Assembly (NCBI RefSeq): GCF_002105155.1
Contig: NW_019028992.1
Span: 558,001-622,000 of the forward strand
Origin: Lobosporangium transversale
Taxonomy: Eukaryota
Direction: 5' to 3'
Length of the DNA: 64,000 nt
Numbering within the stretch: the stretch's first letter is position 1; each line of letters starts with the position of its first letter. Made by a program: the position numbers and the translations under genes. Under the pieces are notes generated by a model. It searched no databases. It was given only the letters and a program-made list of their open reading frames with translations, and was not told the origin of the DNA. Below are positions 12,901 to 25,232 of the stretch, piece by piece.

Positions 12901-14207
12901 ATCAAAAATACAAATCTTCTTGTATGTATAAAAATAAAATCAATGATAGTTTAACTAACCTGTTCAAGTTCTGACCGAACTTGATGAGAAGCATTTAGTT
13001 CTTGCTCTAGTTCCCTGTACCTATTTTCCCAGCCGTCATCCACACGCGCCTTTTCCGGTAGACGGGATTCGTTCTGTTGATATCTCAAGAGTTGTTCATG
13101 CAAGTCTCTGATCTGATCTTCGTACTTTGCGGTCAAATCCTTGAGCTGCTCGGCATTCCCTGCTTGATCTTCGAGCTCCTCCAAACGAGATCGCAGCTGT
13201 GCAAGCTCTAAATCCTTGGCATGGTTCTCCTGCTCCAATGCTTCTATCCGCTCCGCGAGTTCCTTCATAGCCGTCCTCAGCTCCAACGCATCTGCAATTG
13301 CATTTCGATAAGCCTCCTCTTCCTCCTCAGACATGCCGTGTTGAAGATCACAGTTTTTTTGCGCCTGGAGAGCCTCAATGGCGGCATGAGCCTCCATCAA
13401 TAGACGTTTGTATTGCTTTAGTTCTGAGAGTAATGTTTGAAGCTTGACCTTTAGCTCAATGTTCTAAATATGAGCGGGAGTAAAAAAATGTCATGGGTGC
13501 CCTTTTCAGGGTGCGTGTAAACAAATATTATCATTGGTAAATCCATACATTTGCTTTAATATGATTGTTCGAGGGCTTCACCAGCATTTTATATTTATAT
13601 TTTTTATTTTATTACCTCATGAGCAGCTTGATCTGCATGCTCTGGTGACAGCTTCGCAAGTCGATCTTCCAGAAAATACACTTTGAGTTTCAAACTGAAG
13701 TTCTGCTTGTTAAGCTCATCAATGATCTAGTTCCAGTGTGGGACAATGATTTTGAGTTGAAAGTCCATACACGCATACCGATAAGTTGAGGAGATAATAA
13801 CATCCGACATGCCAAAAAAAAGTTGCTTTCTCTTCCACTTCTATTTGTCAAGTATCACACTTAATAATCCGAGCAATCAAAAGAGTTCTTTTATTCACCT
13901 TTTCCTGCTCCTTTAGAGTCATTGTCGCAGGTTTTCCAGCCGTGCTACTCCAGCGGTCAATTGTTTTCCGTGCTTTGGCACCATCAGTGATATCTGTCAC
14001 GCCTGCGGAGCTCATGTGCCCACCAAGAGCATTTGGACGCGAATTGCTCCTTGCAGATTCATCAAGATTGATATCTGCGTCAATGGCATCGAAGGTCAGA
14101 TCTAGTTTGGATTCTTCTCCTTCTTCCTCGTCTTCGTCTAATCCATGAGAGCCATATCTCAACAGTAGCGATTGGTCAGGGGAAGCTGCCCACTTTGGGT
14201 TTTCCAT
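9388..14207 (-). CDS. Multi-exon coiled-coil microtubule-organiser protein, Mto1/ApsB (centrosomin CM1 family)
   Basis: CM1 motif MTLKEQEK|IIDELNKQNFSLKLKVYFLEDRL spans exons near 13900-13650. Long heptad exons. C-terminal WNARLRELEKR...ERQGAKERV resembles the Mto2-binding region. Last exon ends ...DVDDAWD* at 9388. GT-AG introns. Confidence 0.85.
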
Positions 14208-14680
14208 AGGGTAGAGTGGAGAGAATGAATAGGTTGTGAGACAGTAGATTGATGACTGACAAAAGGGTTGTGGATAATGCAGTGATAAAAGTGAAGTATG
14301 GACAGTGAATAGTGAACAGCAACAGTTTGACCAAGTGTATAAAATAAAAAAAATTACGCTGATGCAAGAGATGAAAAATGATGTTGAACAACAATGTTTC
14401 TTTCTTTTTCTTTTCTTTTCTTCCTTTCTTGTTCTTTCTTTCTTGTTCTTTCTTTCTTTCTTTCTTTCTTTTTTATTATTATTATGTATTTATCCTGTTC
14501 TTTGTTTATGTGCCTGTGAATGTGTGGGGTAAAGAGACGTAAATTGCTTAAAATTAATATCATTGCATTTAATGCTTTGATGACTTGGTGGCTTGTCTCC
14601 TTGCTGTTGGACTATGCACGTTTGTTCTTGCATTCTGTTCTGATGTCTTGTTCTGTCCTTGATTTTATCCTTTTCACACC

Positions 14681-16810
14681 ATGACCATCCAAATTGTGCC
14701 CCTCGGCGCAGGACAGGACGTAGGACGCAGCTGCATCCTCGTTACTATCGGTGGCAAGAATATTATGCTCGACTGTGGCATGCACATGGGCTTTAATGGT
14801 AAATAAATGAGCCTTACTTTTTTTTTTTTTTGACCAAGAACTCATCATATATTAGTCCTTTTAGTAGTTAATGACATTCTTCTTATTCTTGATTGCGCCT
14901 TCTCAGATGAACGTCGATTCCCAGACTTTTCTTACATCTCTAAGACTGGCGATTTCACTGAAATGCTCGACTGTGTAATCATTTCCCATTTCCATCTTGA
15001 CCACTGCGGTGCTCTACCCTTTTTTACAGAGATGTGCGGATATGATGGCAACATTTACATGACACATCCAACCAAAGCTATCTGTCCTATTTTACTTGAG
15101 GACTATCGCAAGATCACTGTCGACCGCAAGGGTGAACGTAACTTCTTTACCAGTCAGGATATCAAAAATTGCATGAAAAAGGTTATTGCCGTCAATCTGC
15201 ATCAGACCATCATGGTTGATGATGACTTGGAAATTTGTGCCTACTATGCCGGACATGTTCTTGGTGCTGCCATGTTTTATATCCGTGTAGGTGAAGAATC
15301 CTTAGTCTATACAGGCGACTACAATATGACACCGGATCGGCACTTGGGGAGTGCTTGGATTGACAAAGTGCGACCCGACGTCTTGATCACGGAATCAACT
15401 TATGCCACCACTATTCGCGACTCGAAGCGATCAAGAGAGAGAGACTTTTTGAAAAAAGTTCATGACTGCGTTGCTGATGGGGGCAATGTTATCATCCCTG
15501 TCTTTGCACTGGGTCGTGCACAAGAGCTTTGTATCTTGATTGAAACATATTGGGAGCGTATGGACCTCAAAGTCCCGATCTACTTCTCTGCAGGACTCAC
15601 GGAAAAGGCAAACCACTTTTATCGACTTTTTATCAACTGGACCAATGAAAAGATCAAGAGTACGTTTGTGCACCGCAACATGTTTGATTTCAAGCATATC
15701 AAGGCTTGGGATAGGTCCTACATGGATTCACCAGGTCCTATGGTTGTCTTCGCCACTCCAGGAATGCTGCACAGCGGAACATCACTTGAGCTTTTCAAGA
15801 AATGGGCCCCTGATCCCAAGAATATGGTCATCATGCCTGGTTATTGTGTCGCAGGGACAGTTGGATCCAAGGTCTTGGCTGGCGAAAAAAAGATTCAAAT
15901 TGATGCTTTTAATTCTGTAGATGTCAATTTACAGGTCAAGAATCTATCATTCAGTGCACACGCAGATGCAAAGGGCATTATGCAGTTGATTCGGCAATGC
16001 GAGGCCAAGAATGTAGTCTTGGTTCACGGTGAAAAGAGCTCCATGGGATTCTTAAAATCTAGGATCATGACTGAATTTGGCATCCCTTGCTTTGACCCTG
16101 CCAACGGCCAAACTATCAGCATTGAGACTAGTCATGTTATTCCTATCGAAATGTCAGCTAGCCTACTGAAACAACATTTGATCCGCCAGTCTGAGACTAC
16201 AGTAGAGAATACAAACGAAGGATTGACCTCTTCTAGTAGTCCAGATGATAGCTCTGATGAAAACCTTCAACAACCCATCAATCTTAAAAAGCCACTAAGC
16301 ATAAAGCCCAAGGATAAAGTACTAATCCAAGGCATGCTTGTAATGGAAGATGGAAAGCCGATCCGATTAGAAGATGCAGAGGAAGCGTTGGACAGAGTTG
16401 GCACTGCCAAGCACAAAGTGCGGTTTGAGGTTCGAAAAGCTTATAATGCAACAGCATTGCGCATGGCAGTTGAAGAACCAGAATACTATAAAAGGATGGC
16501 ACGTTCAGCAGATAATGATTCCACAGAAATGGAGCATGTTTCAGAAGATCTAGAAAATGACTGGGATAGTGATGCGTTTGCTTTGGATCTTGTTTATGTA
16601 GCACTACAAAAATCGATTGGAAATCATATCAAGCTGGCCCGAGAGGGGGAGAGTGGCGCTATTGTTGTACGTAGTGTTCGGATCCGGGCGCCAACAGAAC
16701 AAGATGAATTTGAACGAGGAGGGCTTTTGATAGGATGGGATTACCAAGATGAAGATCTCGCAACTAGAATATTGTCAGTTGTCGCCTTAACTCTTGCTGC
16801 CAATCGCTGA
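14681..16810 (+). CDS. INTS11: Integrator complex subunit 11 (CPSF73-like beta-CASP metallo-beta-lactamase endonuclease)
   Basis: Exon 1 (14681-14798) [39 protein letters not shown], intron 14799-14906, exon 2 with [39 protein letters not shown] and SFSAHAD. These motifs are INTS11-type rather than CPSF73/Ysh1-type. Confidence 0.93.
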
Positions 16811-17046
16811 AATAGTCAACGCAACGTCCCTCTTTTTATTTTATTTTTTCCTATGATCTTTGTACATAAATCCAACTCACACAACATGTATACCCAATTA
16901 TTAATTGAGTTTATGATTGATTGCAAATGTTTAAATTGCTTCAGCAATGCATAAAGCGCTATACGTATTATCCATGAACATCTTCAATAGCTTCATTTTT
17001 TTGTCAATATATTTTCTTTATTAGATACTAAACTAGTGAAGAAGAC

Positions 17047-20000
17047 TATGTGCAATTATAAACAAGAAGATATTGGGGGATTGCGGGATTGTGGGTATTG
17101 TGAGTATTGTGGGTATTGTGGGTATTGTGGGTATAGATGGGAGTTCGAGAAGGTCCTGCTTCTCATAGGATCCCATGGGTCCTCAATAGGTGATGAAGCC
17201 TGCACCAACAAGATATTACTGAAAATTAAAAGAAAAGAAAAAAAAGATAGATAGATAAAAGTGGCTATACAAACATATTCATGTTCGGCTTAAGGCCCTT
17301 AGGCTTGAAGATTGCTTATGCGTCCTCCTCAATGTTCATGACTGGACGATAGCGGCTGCCACCCGCATATTGTGCCTCAGCCTCAGAAGCTTCTTGCTCA
17401 ATGTTCATGACTGGACGGTAGCGGCTACCACCAGCGTACTGAGCCTCTTGTTCAATGTTCATCACAGGGCGATAACGACTGCCACCGGCGTACTGGGCCT
17501 CAGCCTCAGAAGCCTCAGCCTCAGAAGCCTCTTGTTCAATGTTCATCACTGGGCGATAGCGACTACCACCAGCGTACTGGGCCTCTGGCTCAGCAGCTTC
17601 TTGCTCGATGTTCATCACTGGGCGATAACGGCTGCCACCGACGAACTGTGCCTCCTGCTCAATGTTCATCACTGGACGGTAGCGGCTACCACCAGCGTAC
17701 TGGGCCTCTGGCTCAGCAGCTTCTTGCTCGATGTTCATCACGGGACGATAACGACTTCCACCTGCATACTGTGCCTCATGTTGGATTGGGAGTGCCTGAA
17801 CTGTGGCAATGGAAGCTGCAATAGAGAAAAGGAGTGTGGTCTGGAACTTCATGGTTGGTTATGTGTACGAGAGAGAGAAAGAGAGAAAAGTTGTTGAGAG
17901 AAGTAAAAGTGTGAGTGGGCGAGTGAGTGAGTGAGAGTAAGAGTAAGAGTCTGAGAAAATGGGAAAGATGCAAGTAAGCTGATGTAGCTATTCTTTGCTT
18001 GAGTGGATGGAGAAAAGACTGTTTGAGTGAAGAACTGGTTGGAAGTGGAGGATGTCCACTGTATTTATATGTGAATCCTCCCTTTTCATTCATCGCCGAT
18101 CTATGTAACACCACGGGCGCCTGTTTCCATGCATGGTTACACGTTGTTGTGCAACAAGCCTTGTTCTCGACTCAAGGAGCAGCCATAATTGCATTTTGCA
18201 ATCGGCAACGGCCCAGCTGAGCGGTTGACGGAGGATTAACGGGAATTCCCAGCAGAGACATATTGCTTATACTGATGAATAAGGGGGGAGGAGCAAAGGA
18301 AGAAAGAAGAGGTCGTGCGCAGGTCTGTTCGCTCTCAAAGTCTGTTCGACCAATCGCCTGTATGGCGGGGTGCAGGAAACCTTGCTGAAGTAACCTAATA
18401 AACATTCCAGTAAAACCAAGAAATGAGCACAGACAGCAAGGTCGTCTCACTAAAACAGCCGTGGCATAAGAAAACAAGTTATTATTGTCTTGGAAAACAA
18501 GTTCAGGCACAAGGCCTAACCTCTTATATTTATTGCTCCGCCTGATGATCTACTGTCACCAGCCCTGTGTGTCTCGCATGGACGCTCATCGATGTTTCTA
18601 AATAACTAGATGACTAGATGATTAAATGACTAAACAACCAAATGGTTAAGTGCTGGTGACAGACTATCCATCTGTTCTCTTCTTGCATTAGTTGTTGCAG
18701 ATATGGGCGCAATGAGGAAATGACAGACCATGGCCTTATATCACCTTCTTTGAATTCTAGATAGAAAAAGAGAAAAAGAAATTTACGCCGGTGCGGTGTC
18801 TGACCTTTGTTTGTGTTGCTCACTGTTTCTCTCTCTCTCTTATAGAAAGGAAGAAAAAAATCCGTGCTGCTTCCTCTCTGGACCATGTCAACGGTTAGAA
18901 GGTCAAGGCGGCGACAAGTCTGCAAAGAGTCAAGAATTGAGGGTGAACAAGTAAAGTAGAAAGAAGGTTACGGATTTTTGCTTACAGCTCGACTGTTGAC
19001 TGGCTGTAGCATATGTAGCACAGGCTGAATCGATTGACTCTCATCACCGATCTTGTACTTGAGACATCCCCCATAGACATTCCTTCCACCAATCCCACCA
19101 ACTTTAGTAAGAAAAGGTACAAAATAGCGTTATCGCTTCTAGATTTCTTCCAGACATTGCTACTTTGGTATGTTGCCGAACTCTCTACCGAGCTAATTGC
19201 TAATTGCCAATCGTCATTCGTCCGCGCCTTCTGTTTCCTGTTGCCCAATTGCTTAATCCTATTGGGGTCCTATTGCGAAAAAGGCCGACACATGGCATCC
19301 CTCTGAATATAGGTTACACACATACTCTTACTTCTTGTTATTGCTCTTAGCTAGTATCGCTCCCGAGCCCTTTGTTGAGGAAAGAACCTTGTTGTGACCC
19401 CTCTCTCTAGGTTTGAGTACTGTGTTACTATGTCTATTTTGCATTTCCACCCTAGGATGTTTCGCGTCTCTCTCTCTCTTTCTCTCTACAGCTCTCTAGC
19501 TGTGATTATAGTACAGGCGTCGGTATATAGATGGTATGATAGTGAGGTAATATGTTAGTATCCGCAATATGAATGCATCAATCTCAATTATAGAGTCTTC
19601 CAAGCACTTTACGCATTAGTTCTTTTTGTCTGATTCATTTCACTTATTCCCAAGTCAGCAAGCCAGCAACAGCCAAGAAAGATAGAGGTGGTCATTTATT
19701 TTATATGACATTACATGGCCCAAACAACACAGCAGACCTGATAGCAACTTTGTAACCTACAATCTGCATTGATCTGCATCGAAACATGGCCCAGAAAAGA
19801 GGAAAAAGAGATGCGGGGCGCATATTATTATTCTACGGTGTGGAGAAGTTCAGAAAAAGGATACAGCAATCAATGTGTATACAATATTATGGTACGTATT
19901 CAATTATGACCCTAAACATGCATGCATGCACGCTAAGATTGTAACACATTACATTCAATGCTGTAAAATAATTAAGACTAAATATCGACCATGTCAGCAG

Positions 20001-20445
20001 AAGTTCTTGTTTTACATTTATGACTACATTACAGTGTTACGTACCACTAGAAAAAGGTGCATGTAAAACAGTACAGAGTCATCTTGCAGCACTTGTTGCA
20101 CGAACTACATGTTCTGATTTCTATGGTTAATATCCAGAGCCAGATGCTCTTTTTTTCCTCTTCTTCTTTCTCTTGTAACACTTTCTCTTGCGAATGGCTT
20201 CATTTTATGCATGGAGGATACTTCATTTCATTATCTTTGTCAATCACATACGTAGATTTATGGCAAGCAGGCATGTATATCATTGAAAAAACCTCTTCTC
20301 TATATCTTTAGTAATTGCTAAGTATACATATATATACATATTATACATATTATACATGCGCAATTATGCGTTTTTAAATTATACACTCAGTAGAATCCTA
20401 GATTTCGCGAAAAGTCTGTTACAATAATAAGAGATAGCATATACT
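17047..20445. repeat. Left arm of 3399-bp inverted duplication
   Basis: Reverse complement of 22640-26038 (mirrored positions sum to 43085). ORFs lying wholly within the arms translate identically. One mismatch seen (20422 vs 22663). Confidence 0.97.
17316..17852 (-). CDS. Secreted tandem-repeat peptide precursor, copy A (7 cores, Tyr type)
   Basis: Signal peptide MKFQTTLLFSIAASIATVQA followed by 6x QYAGGSRYRPVMN and 1x QFVGGSRYRPVMN with acidic spacers. Repeats differ mainly at synonymous sites. Confidence 0.95.
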   Translation of the reverse strand: MKFQTTLLFSIAASIATVQALPIQHEAQYAGGSRYRPVMNIEQEAAEPEAQYAGGSRYRPVMNIEQEAQFVGGSRYRPVMNIEQEAAEPEAQYAGGSRYRPVMNIEQEASEAEASEAEAQYAGGSRYRPVMNIEQEAQYAGGSRYRPVMNIEQEASEAEAQYAGGSRYRPVMNIEEDA

Positions 20446-20829
20446 TTTTTTTTTTTTTAAAGAATATCTGCAAGCTGACTAAGGCATGAGAAAGAAGACA
20501 TTATCAATATCAAACCTTCTAGACCCTCAAACTCTGGCCAAGGATATGTGAAAGCTCCCTCTTGTTAAACTCACGCATTTATTGGTAAACATAAAATTAG
20601 CCATAAAATCATTTCACTTAGCCAATACGACAAGGATAATAAAAGATTGATTTATTATTTTTATTTTATTTTATTATATCATAGAATTATGAAATTAATA
20701 ACATATAATGGTTATAGATGAGGGTATAAGGTAGCAAATTTAAGAAGGACCGGCTTCTCATAAGATCTCATGGATCCTTTTTAGCGCAAAGCAAAGATTG
20801 TACAAATATTATCGAAACTAGAGTCTCAC

Positions 20830-21420
20830 TTATGCATCCTCCTCAATATTCATGACTGGACGATAACGGCTGCCACCAGCGAACTGCGCCTCTGGCTCAG
20901 CAGCTTCTTGCTCAACGTTCATCACTGGGCGGTAGCGACTGCCGCCTGCGAATTGTGCCTCGGCCTCAGAAGCGTCTTGTTCGATGTTCATGACTGGACG
21001 ATAACGGCTGCCACCAGCGAACTGGGCCTCTGACTCAGCAGCTTCTTGCTCAATGTTCATAACGGGGCGGTAACGGCTACCACCAGCGAACTGGGCCTCC
21101 TGCTCGATGTTCATCACAGGACGATAACGACTACCGCCTGCAAATTGTGCCTCGGGTTCGGAAGCGTCCTGCTCAATGTTCATGACTGGGCGATAGCGAC
21201 TACCACCAGCGAACTGGGCCTCAGGCTCAACATTCATCACGGGACGGTAGCGGCTGCCACCAGTGAACTGGGCTTCTGGCTGGGCCGCTTCCTGCTCGAT
21301 ATTCATCACAGGACGGTAGCGGGTACCTCCTGCAAACTGTGCCTCATGTTGGATTGGGAGTGCCTGAACTGTGGCAATGGAAGCTGCAATAGAGAAAAGG
21401 AGTGTGGTCTGGAACTTCAT
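20830..21420 (-). CDS. Secreted tandem-repeat peptide precursor, copy B (8 cores, Phe type)
   Basis: Same signal peptide, then 6x QFAGGSRYRPVMN, 1x QFAGGTRYRPVMN and 1x QFTGGSRYRPVMN. Confidence 0.95.
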   Translation of the reverse strand: MKFQTTLLFSIAASIATVQALPIQHEAQFAGGTRYRPVMNIEQEAAQPEAQFTGGSRYRPVMNVEPEAQFAGGSRYRPVMNIEQDASEPEAQFAGGSRYRPVMNIEQEAQFAGGSRYRPVMNIEQEAAESEAQFAGGSRYRPVMNIEQDASEAEAQFAGGSRYRPVMNVEQEAAEPEAQFAGGSRYRPVMNIEEDA

Positions 21421-21689
21421 GGTTGATTATGTGTACGATATTAAAAGAGAAGGGTATTTGTGTGTGGGTGTGAGGTTGAGAGATTAAAAGTTGGAGAGAG
21501 TGAGGATGGTGCAAGTAAGCTAGCGTGCTGTTATTTGCTTGAATGGATGGAGTAAGGACTAGTTGAATGAAGAACTAGATGAAAGTAGGGATGGCCACCG
21601 GTTTTATATGTGTCCCTAGACGAAGAGGAATGAACCCTTCATGCTCATTGACGGCTTTCTAGGCACCATGTACAACCATGGATGCTTGC

Positions 21690-22160
21690 TTCCATGCATG
21701 GTTACACGTTGTTGTGCAACAAGCCTTGTTCTCGACTCAAGGAGCAGCCATAATTGCATTTTGCAATCGGCAACGGCCCAGCTGAGCGGTTGACGGAGGA
21801 TTAACGGGAATTCCCAGCAGAGACATATTGCTTATACTGATGAATAAGGGGGGAGGAGCAAAGGAAGAAAGAAGAGGTCGTGCGCAGGTCTGTTCGCTCT
21901 CAAAGTCTGTTCGACCAATCGCCTGTATGGCGGGGTGCAGGAAACCTTGCTGAAGTAACCTAATAAACATTCCAGTAAAACCAAGAAATGAGCACAGACA
22001 GCAAGGTCGTCTCACTAAAACAGCCGTGGCATAAGAAAACAAGTTATTATTGTCTTGAAAAACAACCCCAGGCACAAGGCCTAACCTCTTATATTTATTG
22101 CCCCGCATGGCAATCGACTGGCAGTCTATTTGTGTCTCGCATGGATGCACACCGGTTTCT
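21690..22160. repeat. Upstream block shared by all three precursor genes
   Basis: 21690-~22057 is essentially identical to 18125-~18492 (and, inverted, to ~24593-24960). Similarity then decays to ~22160. Confidence 0.9.
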
Positions 22161-25015
22161 GAATGTGCATGGAAATGGCTGTATTTTTTGCTGAAAGACC
22201 GTTAGTGATGCCAGATGTGGGTATATGGAGACCACGCCTTGAGGTCTAGCCTTTCTTCGAACAGCTCATCCGGAATTATAAAGCACTCTTTTGTGTTCTG
22301 TACCATATTACTGGTTTGGACAAGTTTCCTAGTTTGCGACTCTTACTGACCGTTGGCAGATAGCATATTTGATCTTTCAAATGCTATTTATATTCTTCAA
22401 GCTTTGAGACAACAGTTTATTAAACCAAAGCGGTCAGATAATCAGTCAACATTCCCCTAAGGTTTTTGTCACATTTGCCATCTAAAGCATCGTGTAACTA
22501 TTGTGCAAAAAACCAGTTCATGCTGTAGTAGTATGTGAGCTATCGCAGACTGGAGGATGGGGAGGTTAGGGATGCCGAGACATTATGCTTGCTGCAAGAC
22601 CACAATTTGCAATAGGCATAGACATGGCTATCATGCGCCAGTATATGCTATCTCTTATTATTATAACAGACTTTTCGCGAAATCTAGGATTCTACTGAGT
22701 GTATAATTTAAAAACGCATAATTGCGCATGTATAATATGTATAATATGTATATATATGTATACTTAGCAATTACTAAAGATATAGAGAAGAGGTTTTTTC
22801 AATGATATACATGCCTGCTTGCCATAAATCTACGTATGTGATTGACAAAGATAATGAAATGAAGTATCCTCCATGCATAAAATGAAGCCATTCGCAAGAG
22901 AAAGTGTTACAAGAGAAAGAAGAAGAGGAAAAAAAGAGCATCTGGCTCTGGATATTAACCATAGAAATCAGAACATGTAGTTCGTGCAACAAGTGCTGCA
23001 AGATGACTCTGTACTGTTTTACATGCACCTTTTTCTAGTGGTACGTAACACTGTAATGTAGTCATAAATGTAAAACAAGAACTTCTGCTGACATGGTCGA
23101 TATTTAGTCTTAATTATTTTACAGCATTGAATGTAATGTGTTACAATCTTAGCGTGCATGCATGCATGTTTAGGGTCATAATTGAATACGTACCATAATA
23201 TTGTATACACATTGATTGCTGTATCCTTTTTCTGAACTTCTCCACACCGTAGAATAATAATATGCGCCCCGCATCTCTTTTTCCTCTTTTCTGGGCCATG
23301 TTTCGATGCAGATCAATGCAGATTGTAGGTTACAAAGTTGCTATCAGGTCTGCTGTGTTGTTTGGGCCATGTAATGTCATATAAAATAAATGACCACCTC
23401 TATCTTTCTTGGCTGTTGCTGGCTTGCTGACTTGGGAATAAGTGAAATGAATCAGACAAAAAGAACTAATGCGTAAAGTGCTTGGAAGACTCTATAATTG
23501 AGATTGATGCATTCATATTGCGGATACTAACATATTACCTCACTATCATACCATCTATATACCGACGCCTGTACTATAATCACAGCTAGAGAGCTGTAGA
23601 GAGAAAGAGAGAGAGAGACGCGAAACATCCTAGGGTGGAAATGCAAAATAGACATAGTAACACAGTACTCAAACCTAGAGAGAGGGGTCACAACAAGGTT
23701 CTTTCCTCAACAAAGGGCTCGGGAGCGATACTAGCTAAGAGCAATAACAAGAAGTAAGAGTATGTGTGTAACCTATATTCAGAGGGATGCCATGTGTCGG
23801 CCTTTTTCGCAATAGGACCCCAATAGGATTAAGCAATTGGGCAACAGGAAACAGAAGGCGCGGACGAATGACGATTGGCAATTAGCAATTAGCTCGGTAG
23901 AGAGTTCGGCAACATACCAAAGTAGCAATGTCTGGAAGAAATCTAGAAGCGATAACGCTATTTTGTACCTTTTCTTACTAAAGTTGGTGGGATTGGTGGA
24001 AGGAATGTCTATGGGGGATGTCTCAAGTACAAGATCGGTGATGAGAGTCAATCGATTCAGCCTGTGCTACATATGCTACAGCCAGTCAACAGTCGAGCTG
24101 TAAGCAAAAATCCGTAACCTTCTTTCTACTTTACTTGTTCACCCTCAATTCTTGACTCTTTGCAGACTTGTCGCCGCCTTGACCTTCTAACCGTTGACAT
24201 GGTCCAGAGAGGAAGCAGCACGGATTTTTTTCTTCCTTTCTATAAGAGAGAGAGAGAAACAGTGAGCAACACAAACAAAGGTCAGACACCGCACCGGCGT
24301 AAATTTCTTTTTCTCTTTTTCTATCTAGAATTCAAAGAAGGTGATATAAGGCCATGGTCTGTCATTTCCTCATTGCGCCCATATCTGCAACAACTAATGC
24401 AAGAAGAGAACAGATGGATAGTCTGTCACCAGCACTTAACCATTTGGTTGTTTAGTCATTTAATCATCTAGTCATCTAGTTATTTAGAAACATCGATGAG
24501 CGTCCATGCGAGACACACAGGGCTGGTGACAGTAGATCATCAGGCGGAGCAATAAATATAAGAGGTTAGGCCTTGTGCCTGAACTTGTTTTCCAAGACAA
24601 TAATAACTTGTTTTCTTATGCCACGGCTGTTTTAGTGAGACGACCTTGCTGTCTGTGCTCATTTCTTGGTTTTACTGGAATGTTTATTAGGTTACTTCAG
24701 CAAGGTTTCCTGCACCCCGCCATACAGGCGATTGGTCGAACAGACTTTGAGAGCGAACAGACCTGCGCACGACCTCTTCTTTCTTCCTTTGCTCCTCCCC
24801 CCTTATTCATCAGTATAAGCAATATGTCTCTGCTGGGAATTCCCGTTAATCCTCCGTCAACCGCTCAGCTGGGCCGTTGCCGATTGCAAAATGCAATTAT
24901 GGCTGCTCCTTGAGTCGAGAACAAGGCTTGTTGCACAACAACGTGTAACCATGCATGGAAACAGGCGCCCGTGGTGTTACATAGATCGGCGATGAATGAA
25001 AAGGGAGGATTCACA

Positions 25016-25021
25016 TATAAA
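25016..25021 (+). promoter_or_regulatory. Putative TATA box of precursor copy C
   Basis: TATAAA ~215 bp upstream of the ATG, followed by a CT-rich leader. Copy B has a CATATAAAAC at a similar position near 21601-21610. Confidence 0.45.
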
Positions 25022-25232
25022 TACAGTGGACATCCTCCACTTCCAACCAGTTCTTCACTCAAACAGTCTTTTCTCCATCCACTCAAGCAAAGAATAGCTA
25101 CATCAGCTTACTTGCATCTTTCCCATTTTCTCAGACTCTTACTCTTACTCTCACTCACTCACTCGCCCACTCACACTTTTACTTCTCTCAACAACTTTTC
25201 TCTCTTTCTCTCTCTCGTACACATAACCAACC

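Noticed and set aside
17080..17135. ORF with CGYCEYCGYCGY repeats (17036-17254 and 25831-26037)
   Set aside because: Produced by a 9-bp GGGTATTGT microsatellite in the 3' flank of the precursor gene, not a metal-binding protein.
17316..21420. CRISPR-like appearance of regularly spaced repeats
   Set aside because: The repeats are in-frame coding units with synonymous variation and non-unique spacers in a eukaryotic context, and there are no cas genes.
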